NCBI RefSeq assembly: GCF_006345805.1 | Contig: NC_043015.1 | Coordinates: 17,918,001-17,982,000, forward strand | Direction: 5' to 3' | From: Octopus sinensis | Taxonomy: Eukaryota | Length of the DNA stretch: 64,000 nucleotides | In this document: one piece after another, positions 48,809-62,659 of the stretch | Layout: every line of letters starts with the position of its first letter | Numbering within the stretch: position 1 is the stretch's first letter | Translations under genes and position numbers: made by a program | The notes under the pieces: generated by a model | What the model saw: the letters and a program-made list of their open reading frames with translations, nothing else | Databases searched by the model: none | Told to the model about the DNA's origin: nothing

Positions 48809-49949
48809 ATACATATTTAATGCTTCAAATAAAAACAAATGTAAGTTTGTTTACATACACACACACGTGCGCGCGTACACACACGCACATATAGCTGTAT
48901 GTATGTGTGTTTAAATACATATATTTTATGCTTAAAGAAAGAGATCCTGAAATTTAAAAAAAAACTGAGTGAAAAGTGACAGCAGCCATCCACAATTAAA
49001 CACACATGACATATTACATTAAGTAGAAGCAATAGAGAGCCAAACATCAAGATAAGGAGAAAGGTGTGAGAAAGCTCTGTACTTACACAGAAATATAAAG
49101 AAGTGCTATATTGTAAATACAAACAGATTTATTAAAAGAGTAATACAAACAAGATAGAAAACAAAGATCAGGCTTTCACTGTGTTTCTTTATTTCGAGTC
49201 TTTTATTAATGGTATACTATTTATCTAAAAAAAAAAATTCCCTTTCTTGATATGCCATTGCCATCAGCACCATCATTAGCAACAGCAGCTCCTACAAGAA
49301 CAAAGAAAAATAGACCAAAGGAAAAAAATCTACAGTTCATTTATCTAATACAAGCATGACACTAAATAGATTGACATTAACTCATTAGTCTTAAAATAAT
49401 TATATGTTCATGAGCTTTATAAGAAAATACCTATATCTATTCCACATTTGTATCAGTTGATTCTAAGATTGTCATCAGGTGTTGTATTCCTGGATTGATA
49501 CACAGTGCCAATCTGACTACAAACAAAGAATGTTAGTGATTTCTTATTCTAAACTAAGGTACAAGCCCTGTACTTGTCTTGTGGGTTACAACATTGCTAC
49601 TTTTAGTTTAAAAATAATGGCTCCTTGTTCAAATTCAGTCATATCAGAATTCAAATAGATTGAAACAAGTGCATATATAAATTTTGTAAATATACAATAA
49701 TGAGATTAATAGTGTGAAATATTAAAAAAATTATTAACATATGACGCAGGCGTGGCTGTGTGGTAAGAAGCTTGCTTCCCAACCACATGGTTCCGGCTTC
49801 TGTTCCACTGCATAGCACCTTTGGCAAGTGTCTTCTGCTATAGCATCGGGCTGACCAAAGCCTTGTGAGTAGATTTGGTAGATGGAAACTGAAAGAAGCC
49901 CATCATATATATATATATGTGTGTGTATATATATATATATATATATGTA

Positions 49950-50950
49950 TACATAAAAAGCACCATCCAAACATGGCCGTTGCCAGTGAACATTGAACCA
50001 AATATCAATGGAAACAGTAGTTGTGATACCTGTGCCGGTGACACATAAAAAGCACCATCCGAACGTGGCCGTTGCCAGTGCAGCCTCCACTGGCTTCTGT
50101 GCCGGTGGCACATAAAAAGCACCATCCGAACGTGATCGATGGCAACCCTGCCTCGAATGGCTTCTGTGCCGGTGGCACATAAAAAGCACCATCCGAATGT
50201 GGCCGATGCCAGCACCGCCCCGATTGGCTCCTGTGCCGGTGGCACATAAAAAGCACCATCCGAATGTGGCCGACGCCAGCACTGCCTCGACTGGCTTCTG
50301 TGCCGGTGGCACATAAAAAGCATCAACCGATCGTGGGATCCCAGAACATCTCGCTGTGCTTGAGGAGACCTGTTGAGTCAAGTGCATGTACATGAACATC
50401 GAACCAAATATCAATGGAAATAGTAGTTATGATACCTGTGCCGGTGACACATAAAAAGCACCATCCGAAGGTGACCGTTGCCAGTGCAGCCTCCACGGGC
50501 TTCTGTGCCGGTGGCACATAAAAAGCACCATCCGAACGTGACCGATGCCAACCCCGCCTCAAATGGCTTCTGTGCCGGTTGATCCGAACGTGGCTGATGC
50601 CAGCACCGCCCCGACTGGCTTCTGTGCCGGTGGCACATAAAAAGCACCATCCGAACGTGGCCGATGCTAGCACCGCCTTGACTGGCTTCTGTGCCGGTGG
50701 CACATAAAAGAGCACCAACCGATCGTGGCCGATGCCAGACCCCTCTGGCACCTGTGCAGGTGGCACGTAAAAAGCACCCACTACACTCGCGGAGTGGTTG
50801 GCGTTAGGAAGGGCATCCAGCTGTAGAAACACTGCCAGATCAGACTGGAGCCTGGGGCAGCCCCTGGCTCCCCAGACCCCATTCGAACCGTCCAACCCGT
50901 GCTAGCGTGGAAAACGGACGTTAAACGATGATGATGATGATGATGATGAT
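49950..50950 (+). repeat. RTE-type 3' UTR with a 67-bp tandem array and (GAT)n tail, nested in a SINE microsatellite
   Basis: cacataaaaagcaccatccg units start at 50042, 50109, 50176, 50243, 50310, 50448, 50516 and onward; tail ...ggacgttaaacgatgatgatg. Confidence 0.9.
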
Positions 50951-52792
50951 GATATTTGTGTGTGTTTGTCCCGCCACCATTGCTTGACAACTGATGTTGG
51001 TGTGTTTATGTCCCTGTAACTAAGCAGTTCGGCAAAAAGAGATCAATAGAATAAGTACTAGGCTTACAAAGAGTAAGTTTTGAGGTTAATTTCTTCGACT
51101 AAAGGCAGTGCTCCAGCATGGTTGCAGTCAAATGACCGAAACAAGTGAAAGAATATGGTATCAGATATTTAGACATTTTCTAAAAGGAATTGATAAACTC
51201 AATTAAAAATATCCTGGATATTAGTTAACAGTTGTAAACAATTAAGAAATAGGAAGACAGTGCCATTTTGAACAACTATAGATTAAAAGAGAATGATAAC
51301 TGAATGTTCAACATTACATATATGTCCTGGAGTCCTGAACAGGGCCCAAACTAATACATCACATAATATCATGAAATGTAAACCATCATTATCAATTTAC
51401 TTTTCCTTTATCCATAGCTACAGCATCTCCAATCCTACCAGTCCGTTGTCATTTGGTATACACAACAAGAAATAATCACCTATTTAGTGATGCAGTGTGT
51501 GTGTACATGAACATGGAATTTCCATGTAAAAAGGCAAACTTCCAATATGGGAAATGTACATGAGCAGTCAATAGTAAGAATACATACAAAATAATTCCCT
51601 CAAATGCTTGGAAGGCCCACTGGAAGTAGTTGATAGCTTTTGTAACCTAAGTGGCCTAATTAGTAGTGGAGGTGAATGTTTGGAAAACATTGTAGCAAAA
51701 GTAAGAATTGGGCTAGAAAAAGTTCAGGTATCTATAATCTAGTAAGAAAAAGCTGAAAGGCAGCTGATGTGTGTGTACAAACTGCAATGCTGCATGATAG
51801 CAAGATATAGCCCTTAATAGCAAAGGATTAGTGAAGACTAGAAATGAAACAAGTAAGCTCTGCTGCATAGGTTATGTTAATATGCATGAATGATGGAATG
51901 CAAATGAAATGAGAGAAAAACTGAATGCATGAGGCATCATCACTATCATCTTCCTCATAATAATCCTTTCTACTAAAGGCACAAAGCCTGAAATTTGAGG
52001 GGAGAGGACTAGTTGATTACATCGCCCCCAGTGTTTCACTAATAATAATAATAATAAATGCCCTGATACAAAACCAGGCAGTAGAAGTTGGGGAGCATCA
52101 TAACCATGTGTTGCGAGGAATTCTCTGAGGTTTGAATAATTTACCTCTGGAAACATGGGTGTCTCATTCAACATCCTTAAATAACCCTTATTCTGGGACC
52201 TTTTTAGAAGGATGGGCTACTCAACTTGAAAAAAATTCTAACTTGGCCCCACCTGCAAGGTCATGCTCTGTTTATCTTGATATGAGATCACCATGTCATA
52301 CATATATGGTTGTGATACATGAGCCTGGTGTACTCTTATCAGACGGATAGTCATGATGGGTATATTAAGCTTTGTGTGTTTGTACTCCAGTGTCATTTTG
52401 ATGGTATGCACCACTCACTCGAGAATAATAATAATAATAATAATAATTTAATGCCGGTTTTCCATGCTGGTATGAGTTAGATGGTTTGACAGGATTCAGT
52501 AAGCCACAGGGTTGTATCACACTCTACATCAGTTTTGGTGTGGTTTCTATGGCTAACGTCAACCACTTTACAGTAGTATGCAAAAGACTGTGCAGGTACA
52601 TGCATGTGATGTGTATGGAGTCAAGCACTTGAAGTATAGAACCTGAGGATAAAGCCTAAGAAGACATGGGATGAAATGGTGAAGAACAATTGCAAGATGC
52701 TGAACCTCACAAAGGTGATGACAAAATATTGCATGTTTACAGTATTTTCTTTAATTTTGTTAATGTTTACCAAGTTGATCATACATTGTATC

Positions 52793-52969
<177 letters not shown>

Positions 52970-54344
52970 CTACATGAAACAAATATATTGTATAAAATTA
53001 TGTAACATTTAAGTATGTATAAATTAACACTATAGATTGTTACCTGTTGTAATAGATACACTTAATGATGTAGATGTAGAATTAAATTGTCATTATCAGT
53101 TAGTAGTTATGATGAACCAACAGTCTTTGCTTCCCACTCACAGAGATTTGTTTACTTGCTAATTGAAATTTTAAATAATGGGTTCCCTTAAGGTTCTAAG
53201 ATGTTGATCATATTGCTAAGCATCAGTCTCTGTTGACATATCAATATACAAAAGGATGTTACCAAGAGATTCTTGTATAACAAAGTCTGCTTTTTGATGG
53301 CAATGATTTCTGGTCTTCATCATCTTTGGTACCTTTGTTTTTATCCATCTGAACTTAATTCACAATTTTTTAACACATGATATCCAGAATCACCCTCTAT
53401 GTCTTAATGCCAGGTCCTAACATTATCTCCTCTGTGAATTATATGGTCAAATCAATTTCCACAAATCCTTCACAATCATATTCTACTACCACATTGTATC
53501 AACATTTTGGTAGAGTGGTAGTTTTCGGTGCCTTCCATAAAACTGCTAAATGGAATATTAGACATAAGGTTGTTGTTCTTTATCATCACCATAATTTAAT
53601 ACCAATTTTTCATGTTAGCATTGGTTGGATGGTTTGACAGGAGCTGGCAAGCTGGAGGGCTGCACCAGGCTCCAATTGTCTGTTTTGGCATAGTTTCTAC
53701 AGCTGGATGCCCTTCCTTAGGCCAACTACTTTATAGAGTGTACTAGGTGTTTTTTATGTTGCACTAGCACAGATGCTTTTTACTTGGTACTACCACCACT
53801 GACTGGGGTTGCCAAGTAGTTTGTAACACAAAGACCTCTCAGCTGAAAGAGGGAGTGGAACTAAGAGAAGTGGCTGTGTACCAAGCAGAGTATATTAAGG
53901 GAACAGAAATACTTGTCTTACTATAGGGGAGATACTTGGCTACCCCTGTAGGACAAGATGGTGGGAAAAAGTTAGAGAGAAAAATAGAGAGACGGATTGA
54001 GAGAGAAGTAAATGGTGTTGGAAATTGGGGCCTACCTACAGAGAACAATGGAGGGCAAGTATAAGTAGTGCCAAGGAGATAAAGGGCAATGCTCCATAAG
54101 AGTGTGATAGATGTTTATAGATGTAGCAACTGATGGTGAGAGGTTGGAGAGGCTGGGAAGGGGGTATGGTAGATATGTGAAGGCATGGAGAGTATGTCGA
54201 TGGACACATGTGGGAGTGGAATAGAAGGTCCTGCTGGTGGTGGTGGGGGTGTAGGGAAGATGAGTTGTGGGGGAATTTTGACAGAGAACAGATTATGGGG
54301 GGGAGGGGGTTATGGCTGTAAATGACATGCCTGTATGTATGGCT

Positions 54345-55130
54345 GGCCATGATTTTACTTAGCTCGATGTGTCTTCTCAAGCATAGCATATTTCCAGAAG
54401 TCTCAGTCCCTTGTCATTTCCTCTGTGAGGCTCAACATCTGAAGATTGTTTCTTACCTTTCATCCCACATCTTCCAGGCTCAACCTCTTCCACACGTTCC
54501 TCCATAATTAGAGACCAGCACTTTTTTATGAAGCTGTCCTCATCCATACACATCACATAGCCATACCAGTGCAGCCTTCTCTCTTGCAGACTACATTTGA
54601 TGCTTCTTATTCCCAATTTTTCTGTTAAATCATTTACACTCTGTTGTACATGTACACTGACATTACCTATCTAACAGAGAATGTTGAACTTTGCCCAGCC
54701 TGTTCTTATTCTAGCAACTACACTTTCAGAGCATCCACCTCCACTGATGTCCTGGTCGCCTAGGTAATGGAAGCTATCTATTACTTCTAAGGATTCCCCA
54801 CCAAACATTTGAGAAAGTCTATTTTCTGTACATTCCTAATATTTACTGTACCTGCACATCTGCCACACACAAAAACTACTTCCTCTGTTTATCTTCCTTT
54901 GATATTACTGCACTTCTTATGTGTCCATAGCTTACACTGGTGTACACTGGATACACCATATGGAATTTCTACCTACACCTTTTCTGCATATCGTGTAGGG
55001 CCATCTCCCAGGAGGGATTGGTAATTTATCTGTTTTCCTACTTACTAGGACTTTGGTCTTTACTAAATTAACTCTAAGGCATTTTGATTCCATACTGAAA
55101 ATTCTTCTCTAGTTTTGGTAGTGATTCTTG
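54345..55130 (-). mobile_element. Decayed RTE RT 3' fragment
   Basis: Minus ORF 54377-54616 GIRSIKCSLQERRLHWYGYV parallels the end of 12461-14101. Confidence 0.75.
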
Positions 55131-56460
55131 ATGATACTAATAGTTCTTTTTCCTCTCGTGGTTACCCTAAAATTGTCTTCTTCTATCAATATAAGACCTT
55201 CATCCAAATATTCCCAGTGATTTAATGACTTGATCAAACAACATTAAGAAAATACAAACAATACAACTACTTTTATGCATGAAAATAACAATTTCATTCA
55301 GAGAATATGAGAAAGAGAAACTAGATGAAGGTGAAAAGAATCTAGAGAATGTCACTGAAAGAGAAGATTGGAAGCTGTTGTGGTGGTGGTGGTGGTGGTG
55401 GTGGGGTAAACCAGAGAGATGAGGTGTAGAGGAAGAGTCATGGGAGTGATGTATGGCAAGCAAGTGAGCATCACAAATGAGGGGAGAGAGAGAAATGAAT
55501 GACAGAGGTGAGTAGGGAGGTGGATGGTGGGAAGGTGGGCAAAAGTAAAGTGATGAGGATAGATGAATAGTCTGTCATACACAGAGCTAGTGAAGAAGGG
55601 TGAAGTGGGGGGATGCTGCAAGAGGTAAACAATCTTCGTTTGTGAACTTCATAGTTAATGGGGAAATAAGAGATGGTGGTGTATGAATGGTAGAGAGATG
55701 AGATGATTGAAGTGAATAGGACAATGAGACAGGAAGAAGGCTGCAAAGAGTAGTACAATTGTTAGCATATAAGACGCACTCTTGCATAAGACACACCACT
55801 ATTTAATAACTATATTTTGTGGAAATGTCAAATTCATTATGTTTTATCATACACATATAGAAAAATACTTCAAATTTGTTTTGTAAGGAAAAAATGTGTT
55901 TCTGTGCATGTAAATATGATGTTGTGACTGTATACTGGAATAAAGTATGAAGCCATAAATTTATAAATAATCTACATTATAAGAGTAATGTATTTCAACT
56001 TGATCTTCTTCCAGATCAACTGTATAGTTGTTTACATTGTGGTCAAGAGAATTGCCATTCAGGATGGCTTTTTGGCTATAATGCTTTATGTAACCTGTGC
56101 CAATAATGTGTAAAACACACCCAGTACCATCTATGGAAGGGTTGGTGTTAGGAAGGGCATCCAGCTGTAGAAACCCAGCCAAAGCAGACTGGAGCCTGGT
56201 CCAGCTCTTTGGCTTATCATCTCCAGTCAAACTGTCTAACCCATGCTAGCATGAAAAACAGATACTAAATGATGATGATGGAGATGATGATTGGCTACCG
56301 TCTTGGTGCATCATGGTTATGACTTTGTCATCTACTCAAAACAAGCAGCTGACAAGCTGATGAAAGTTTAACATTTCTTTCAGCTTTCTAGGTGAATTTT
56401 TTTATCTGTCTGTCTATCTATCTATCTATCTATCTATCTAGATAGATAGATAGACATATA

Positions 56461-56655
56461 TCAGGACGCCATGATAGATCGTTAGCTCCTACACACATTA
56501 TTTTTTCTCTCCTTGTTTTTTTCTGTGTATCATTCTGTCGAAGAGCGTAGGCTCGAAACGTAAAAGACTTTTTCTATTCCTGAGCGCTATACTAATACAT
56601 TTGTTTGTCTGTACTCCACCTGCCTTCGTCTTTTGTTTATTTTCGTAAACTTTCC
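56461..56655 (+). mobile_element. Short Penelope-type terminal-repeat element with a hammerhead-like hairpin
   Basis: CTGTCGA-A-GAGC-GTAG-GCTC-GAAA-CG-TA at 56535-56562. Helix II is perfect but the core is non-canonical. Confidence 0.4.
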
Positions 56656-56749
56656 CTTTATCTATCGAGATAATTTACATCTCCACATTCCACAACACAT
56701 CATGGAAACACACTAAAAAAACCCAATCATATACAAAGTTATCAACACA

Positions 56750-59700
56750 AAGACAAGACGACCAGAAAGTGCACCACAGCAAAAAATAGAAAAATGCCTT
56801 CGCCCTGTATGGGCTCACAAGGAATACGTCAATTGGTTGCATAAATTTGGCACAATCTAAGTATGTTTCCGCAATGAAAATCTAATGAAACGATTTTCCA
56901 CATCAGCTCTGCATACAGATGACTTGGTGATGATACCGACTTATTTAGGTTCTAGAACAGCAAAACTGGAATAGAAAATCAATGCAATTACTCCTTCAAA
57001 TTGATGAAACAACAACAGAAAAGGTATCCCCCACTATAAAACTGCCAGAAGGCTACAAACTTTATGTAGTGGTGGAGAGCAGGCGACCACACTGCTATCT
57101 GTGCGGCAGCAAGACACATTTGAAAAAGAAGTGTCCAACTGCCACACAACGAGAGCAACAACAACAACCACCACCACAACCACAACCAAAACACTCCGAG
57201 AAAAAAGCACTACTACCCACACCACCATCAACACAGAAGACAACAGAAGAAGCACACCAAGCAAATCCATCAACAATCAAAAATAATACAACACCTGAGA
57301 AAATACCAACACCACCAACAACAGCAAGAACTAAAGGAACAGAAAAACAAAAAATAATACAAAAATAGATTCCCCATCCCCTATACTGCACACACCACAC
57401 ACAAACAGTCAACAACCAATGAAAACAACAACACAACCACTTACACAAACACACATAGAAGCCTACAACAAATCAATACATCAAATCAAACACAAACATA
57501 ACAGATGACATAAAAACAAACAACCACCCATACACAACACCACCGGATCACATCAAAATACTACATATTTTACGAAGTCTACACCACACACTAAAAGGCA
57601 TTTTCCCCAGTGCAGTTTGGTAAATGCCAAAAATACCTTACGAAGAAACTGTATTGGGATCTCCTCAACGACAAACCAAAGGAGGAGAAAGAAAAAACTT
57701 TTGAGCAGTAAGTAACCCTCTGTTACTTTCATTTGTGTTTTAATTCACTGGGATTATTATCAAGACTGGTTGTGTAAATGTGCGTGGCTTGGGGTCCCCT
57801 TGGAAACAAGGGTACCTCTTAAATGATATAAAGTCACAGAAGTTAGAAATCATAGCCATAAGTGAGACCAGACTCCATAATCCATGGGCCCTAAAGTCCA
57901 TGTTTGGCAGACAGTTTAACATTTATTTTTCTCTGTCTGCTGAGAATGGGTAGTATAGAGAATCATGGTATATTTTCGCAAGAGTCTGGATCTCGAAGTA
58001 AAGACAATATTCGTAGACCCAGAGGGTAGACTGGTCATCCTAGATGTTGACGGCAGCAATGGGTGCACTTTTCATCTCGTATCAGTCTACACACCGCCTT
58101 TAACAAGTTGGCCAGATTTCTTTTGATGTCTAGAAGTATTCCTAGGAATGTCTCGTCCTTTACTTTTAATGGGGGATTGGAATGCTACCTTGGACACATG
58201 TAGACTACGTGAGCAGAAATAGGAATAGACAGGGATGCAAATGCCTCAGAGACCTGCTCAGATGCTTTCAACTGTTTGACAGGTACCAACTTGACCACCC
58301 AAATGCGCCAACGTGGACATGGAGCAACCGCATTGGGTTGTCAAGATCGTATCTAGATAGGATACTGTGTAGGACAGTAGATAGAGATAGCGTAGAGTGT
58401 CCACAATTCCACATAGTCAGCTACATGGATCAGAAACTTGTGACATGTACGCTAGACTTAGGTAAGTCACATAGGCAGGGTCCTGGGTACTGGAAACTAA
58501 ACATGGCTTTCCCATCAAGACAGGTTTTCAGAGACCGGATTAACACACTAGTAAAGAGGGCTTTGACAGGAGCCATCATCAACAACAAATGGTGGTTTGC
58601 CCTCAAGAGAGCAATAAAAGCAGAAGTGATTAGGTATAACAAAGCACTAGCCATAGATAGAAACAGAGTAGAAGGTGACCTAGTTAAGAAGCTAGATGAG
58701 GCAATTAGAAGTGGTATTGTATCCAACGTTTTGGCAGCGAGGTTGGCTCTCGACCAACACTTCAACGCCAAACTCGAAGGGTGTGTTGTTAGAGCTAGGA
58801 TGCGTGCTCTAAGGAATTTAGGTGTTGGAGTCACGTGAGAGACCCATGTGGCGGAGGCACAACAGGGCAACAAAGCCACCATTCGGTCTCTGGTGGATGA
58901 ACAGGGGCGTGAATTACTCGAGCCAAGCAAAATGTGTGAGGCCTTTCAACATCATTTAGCCCGACTGTTCGGGACGAGTGGCGGGCGAGAATGCAGGGTG
59001 GACTTCAGTGCCTACCTACACTGCCTACCACGACTCTCGACAAAAGAGGCAAGGTGCTGTGAAGGTGCCATCACGGCAGCGGAAATGCGGAACACAATGT
59101 CAGAATGCTCGAGGGACAAATCACCGGGTTTGGATGGTCTACCCTATGAGCTTTACAGTTGTATGCCAGACTTGTTTGGAGATATCTTGGCAGCAGTGTA
59201 CTACAACTGGCAGCAAAACGGGAGCATAACTGGTTTTGTGAGCCGAGGAGCCGTAACGTTGGCGCTTGTCATCGAGAAACTGGTCGACAAGGCGCAAACG
59301 TGCACTGTGCCAGGCCGGAGCATCCATGAGAACCTCCATCTGATGCGCCACATCATAGACAGGGTAGTTAAGGAACCAGGCATGAGTGGGGCCCCGATCA
59401 ACTTGGATCAATCCAAAGCTTTTGATAGGGTAGACCATCAATACTTGGAGGCTGTCCTCATAGTGGCTGGTTTCGGTCACGTCTTACACGGCTGGATAGC
59501 TGCTTTGTACAAAGGCATCTGTTCGGTAATCCGTGAAAATGGACATCTATTGAAACCTTTCAACATTGCTCGTTCAGTCTGTCAGGGATGCCCCCTCTCG
59601 TTGCTTCTACACGTATTGAATCTCAAGCCACTACTGCAGAAGCTGGTGACGCTGAGGTGCATCCTGCGAGAATTGGGATGTAGGACGAGCGTGTCTGCAT

Positions 59701-61330
59701 ATGTGGACGACATCACCTTCATAGTGTCTAGCCAGAAGAACACTGAGCCGGTCAGCAAGACACTGAAAGACTATGAAGCAGTAACAGGAGCGAAAATCAA
59801 CCAGGAAAAGTCAATGGGCTTGCAGCTCAGCACCTGGAGAAGCAAGCCCATGCCGTCTACCAACACCTCTGTTGTGGGACGCTGGACCGACAGTCTAGTT
59901 GAGTTGCTCAGGGTCTGGTTTGGTCCAGACCTCCAAATGGAGAAGAACTGGAACGAGATAACAAGTAGGGTAGTCACTCTCGCCCGGCAATGGACTGTGA
60001 GGATGCTGTCCCTAAAAGGTTGGGCAGAGGTGGCGAACATGTACATCGCATCCGCCATCTACTACCGCCTGACTGTCGTACCTTGTCCCAACCCTACCAT
60101 CACCAAACTAGAACACATTCTCTTCCGCTTCTTGTGGAAAGTATGCGTTCTGATGGTCAAGCAATACGTTTGCTGCCAACACCCGTTAAAAGGAGGGCTG
60201 GGCATGCCGTGGCTGATGATGTGCAGACACATGCTGAGACTGCGACATCTCCGGCTCTATGTAGATGATGGTGAACAGGTGTGGTCGTCGTTTGTGAAGC
60301 GCGCTTTCCCGCAGCTCGTCTCCATGACCGAACTGCACTCGTGGATCAAAAAGAGGCCAAAGAAGAGTGAATTGCACCACGAGTGTTGTGTTGCTCTCAG
60401 GCAACTATGCCATTCCGGGTCGACTTCGAGCAACTTCAACACAATGAAGGCATTCTATATGGGATTAGTGGAGGGGAGGTACAACAATGATCTCGGGGCG
60501 AACTTGGGCGTCGACGAGGAATACCTGACATGCCTGTTCAAGGTGACTTTTGGGCTGGAACCTATGGACAACTTCCAGAGATCCCTAGCCCGGCAGTGCT
60601 ATCGAGAAGTGCTACCCATTCGGGATAAGCTCTATAGGCATGGTTCAAGAAACACGGGGCCAACTTGTCTGAGATGCGGTCAGAGCGACGAAATCGTCCT
60701 GCACACACTTGTACAGTGTTCAACCATTTCTGACCTGTGGGCCTATATTGAACAACTGCTATTGCATGTGGGACAAGTCGGTTTATCAACTGAATCTATC
60801 ATGAATATTGTTGAAACGTGAAGGAAGAGCCATTTTCATCATACTTATGGCTAAGGCGAAAGAATGTGTATGGTGGACACATCTGAAAGGTCTAGAGATA
60901 AACACTTTCCTCTCTGGTCAATCTCTCATCGACTTCTTCAAGTATGACTTGAAGCAGAAGGTGAAAGTAGAGAGAGAAGTTTCGTCTAGTGAATGTTTCA
61001 AAAAAGATGGGTGAATGTAGCAAGGATGGAACGTGTGAATGACAGAGCCAACTTGAGCATAATCCTATAAAACAAAAAAAAAAAAAAAGCGAATGGAAAA
61101 AGAGAGCCCCTTACTGTAATGTGTTTTTTTTGCATTAAACTATTACCCAAGGTTCCCATGGTATTTTCTATAGGCTTCTCTTTTCACAGATAAACCTAAC
61201 CTGCTTTCTCTTTTTACATTGACATTTCTGTGATACATGATCCCTATTGATCAGCCCCCACCTTTTTTTTTACGATCCCTTTTGGTCAGAATTTGACCCA
61301 CTTTTTTCTTTCTCTCCTTCCCTAAAAGAA
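56750..61330 (+). mobile_element. Near full-length Tx1-clade (L1 group) LINE, decayed
   Basis: ORF1 zinc knuckle CYLCGSKTHLKKKC (56982-57150). APE remnants CVNVRGL, AISETRL, GDWN, SYLDRI. RT 58848-60821 with PGLDGLPYE, AFDRVDH, QGCPLS, YVDD. C-terminal CLRCGQSDEIVLHTLVQC. Confidence 0.9.
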
Positions 61331-62230
61331 AAGCTCTACCTACCTACCGACCATCCATCCATCCATCTCTGTGTATGTACATATACATATTTATTTGTGT
61401 GTGTGTGTATATAAATGTGTGTGTATGTATTTTTATATCTATGTATATATATATATATATATGTATTTATATCTATGTATATATATATATATATGCATAC
61501 AGAAATCTCTCTCTATCACTACCATCATTTGAATGCGTATTTGCTTCATCACAAGTCATCGAGTCTTCTGCAGTACAGGGCATTGAAAATCAATATGGTC
61601 CTTTGTCAATACTATGAGATGCAGCATGTTCAGGTCAGCCATTTCCACTTCATCCCATTTCTTCCTTGGTCACCTTCTTCCACAGTTTCCATTAGCATGG
61701 AATATACGGCACTTTTGCTTACAGCAATCACCCCCCATCTCCCCCCATCTCCCCCACTAGACATCATGTGCCCATGTGAATGCAGTCTTTACTCTTGCTT
61801 ACTACATATAATTGCCTTTGTTTCAGCTTGTCATCTGGAATTCATGCATACTGACATTAAGCATCCAAACACATATAGACTTTACAGAACAAGCACCTCT
61901 ACTGCTAATTATGTTACTTAGGTTGCAGAAGTCATCAAGTATTTCTAGTGAACTAGTTGAGCATTTAAGACAAAACACTTACAATGTACCAAGAGGTTTA
62001 CAAATAAATAAATAAATGTGTAAAAGTGTAAAAACATTTAAATATATCGGGCGCAGGCATGGCTGTGTGGTAAGAAGTTTGCTTCCCAACCATATGGTTC
62101 CGGGTTCAGTCCCCCTGCTCGGTACCTTTGGCAAGTGTTTTCTACTATAGCCTCGGGCTGACCAAAGCCCTCTGAGTGGATTTGGCAGATGGAAAGTGAT
62201 AGAAAACCATTGTATATATACATACATATA

Positions 62231-62625
62231 GGCGCAGGAATGGCTGTGTGGTAAGTAGCTTGTTTACCAACCACATGGTTTCGGGTTCAGTCCCACTGCG
62301 TGGCACCTTGAGCAAGTGTCTTCTACTATAGCCTCGGGCCGACCAAAGCCTTGTGAGTGGATTTGGTAGACGGAAACTGAAAGAAGCCCGTCGTATATAT
62401 GTATATATATATGTATGCGTGTGTGTGTCTGTGTTTGTCCCCCTAGCATTGCTTGACAACCGATGCTGGTGTATTTATGTCCCCGTTACTTAGCGGTTCG
62501 GCAAAAGAGACCGATAGAATAAGTACTGGGCTTACAAAAGAATAAGTCCCGGGGTCGAGTTGCTCGATTAAAGGCAGTGCTCCAGCATGGCCGCAGTCAA
62601 AATGACTGAAACAAGTAAAAGAGAA
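62231..62625 (+). mobile_element. Full-length tRNA-derived CORE-like SINE
   Basis: Complete head, microsatellite and tail; preceded by a second head at 62051. Confidence 0.88.
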
Positions 62626-62659
62626 AGAGATATATACACATACACACACACATATATAT

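Noticed and set aside
49950-50770. CRISPR-like repeat/spacer appearance (also 11984-12290)
   Set aside because: Eukaryotic intron, no cas genes, spacers only ~13 nt and related to one another, and the array is embedded in a LINE 3' UTR.
49734-50990. Long minus-strand ORFs (226, 190 and 162 aa) with repeated motifs
   Set aside because: Products of a GC-rich tandem array; all three frames are open and there is no domain signal.
53230-53500. Possible extra R4-type endonuclease remnant on the minus strand
   Set aside because: Only a weak RPEII...ILI motif; too decayed to call.
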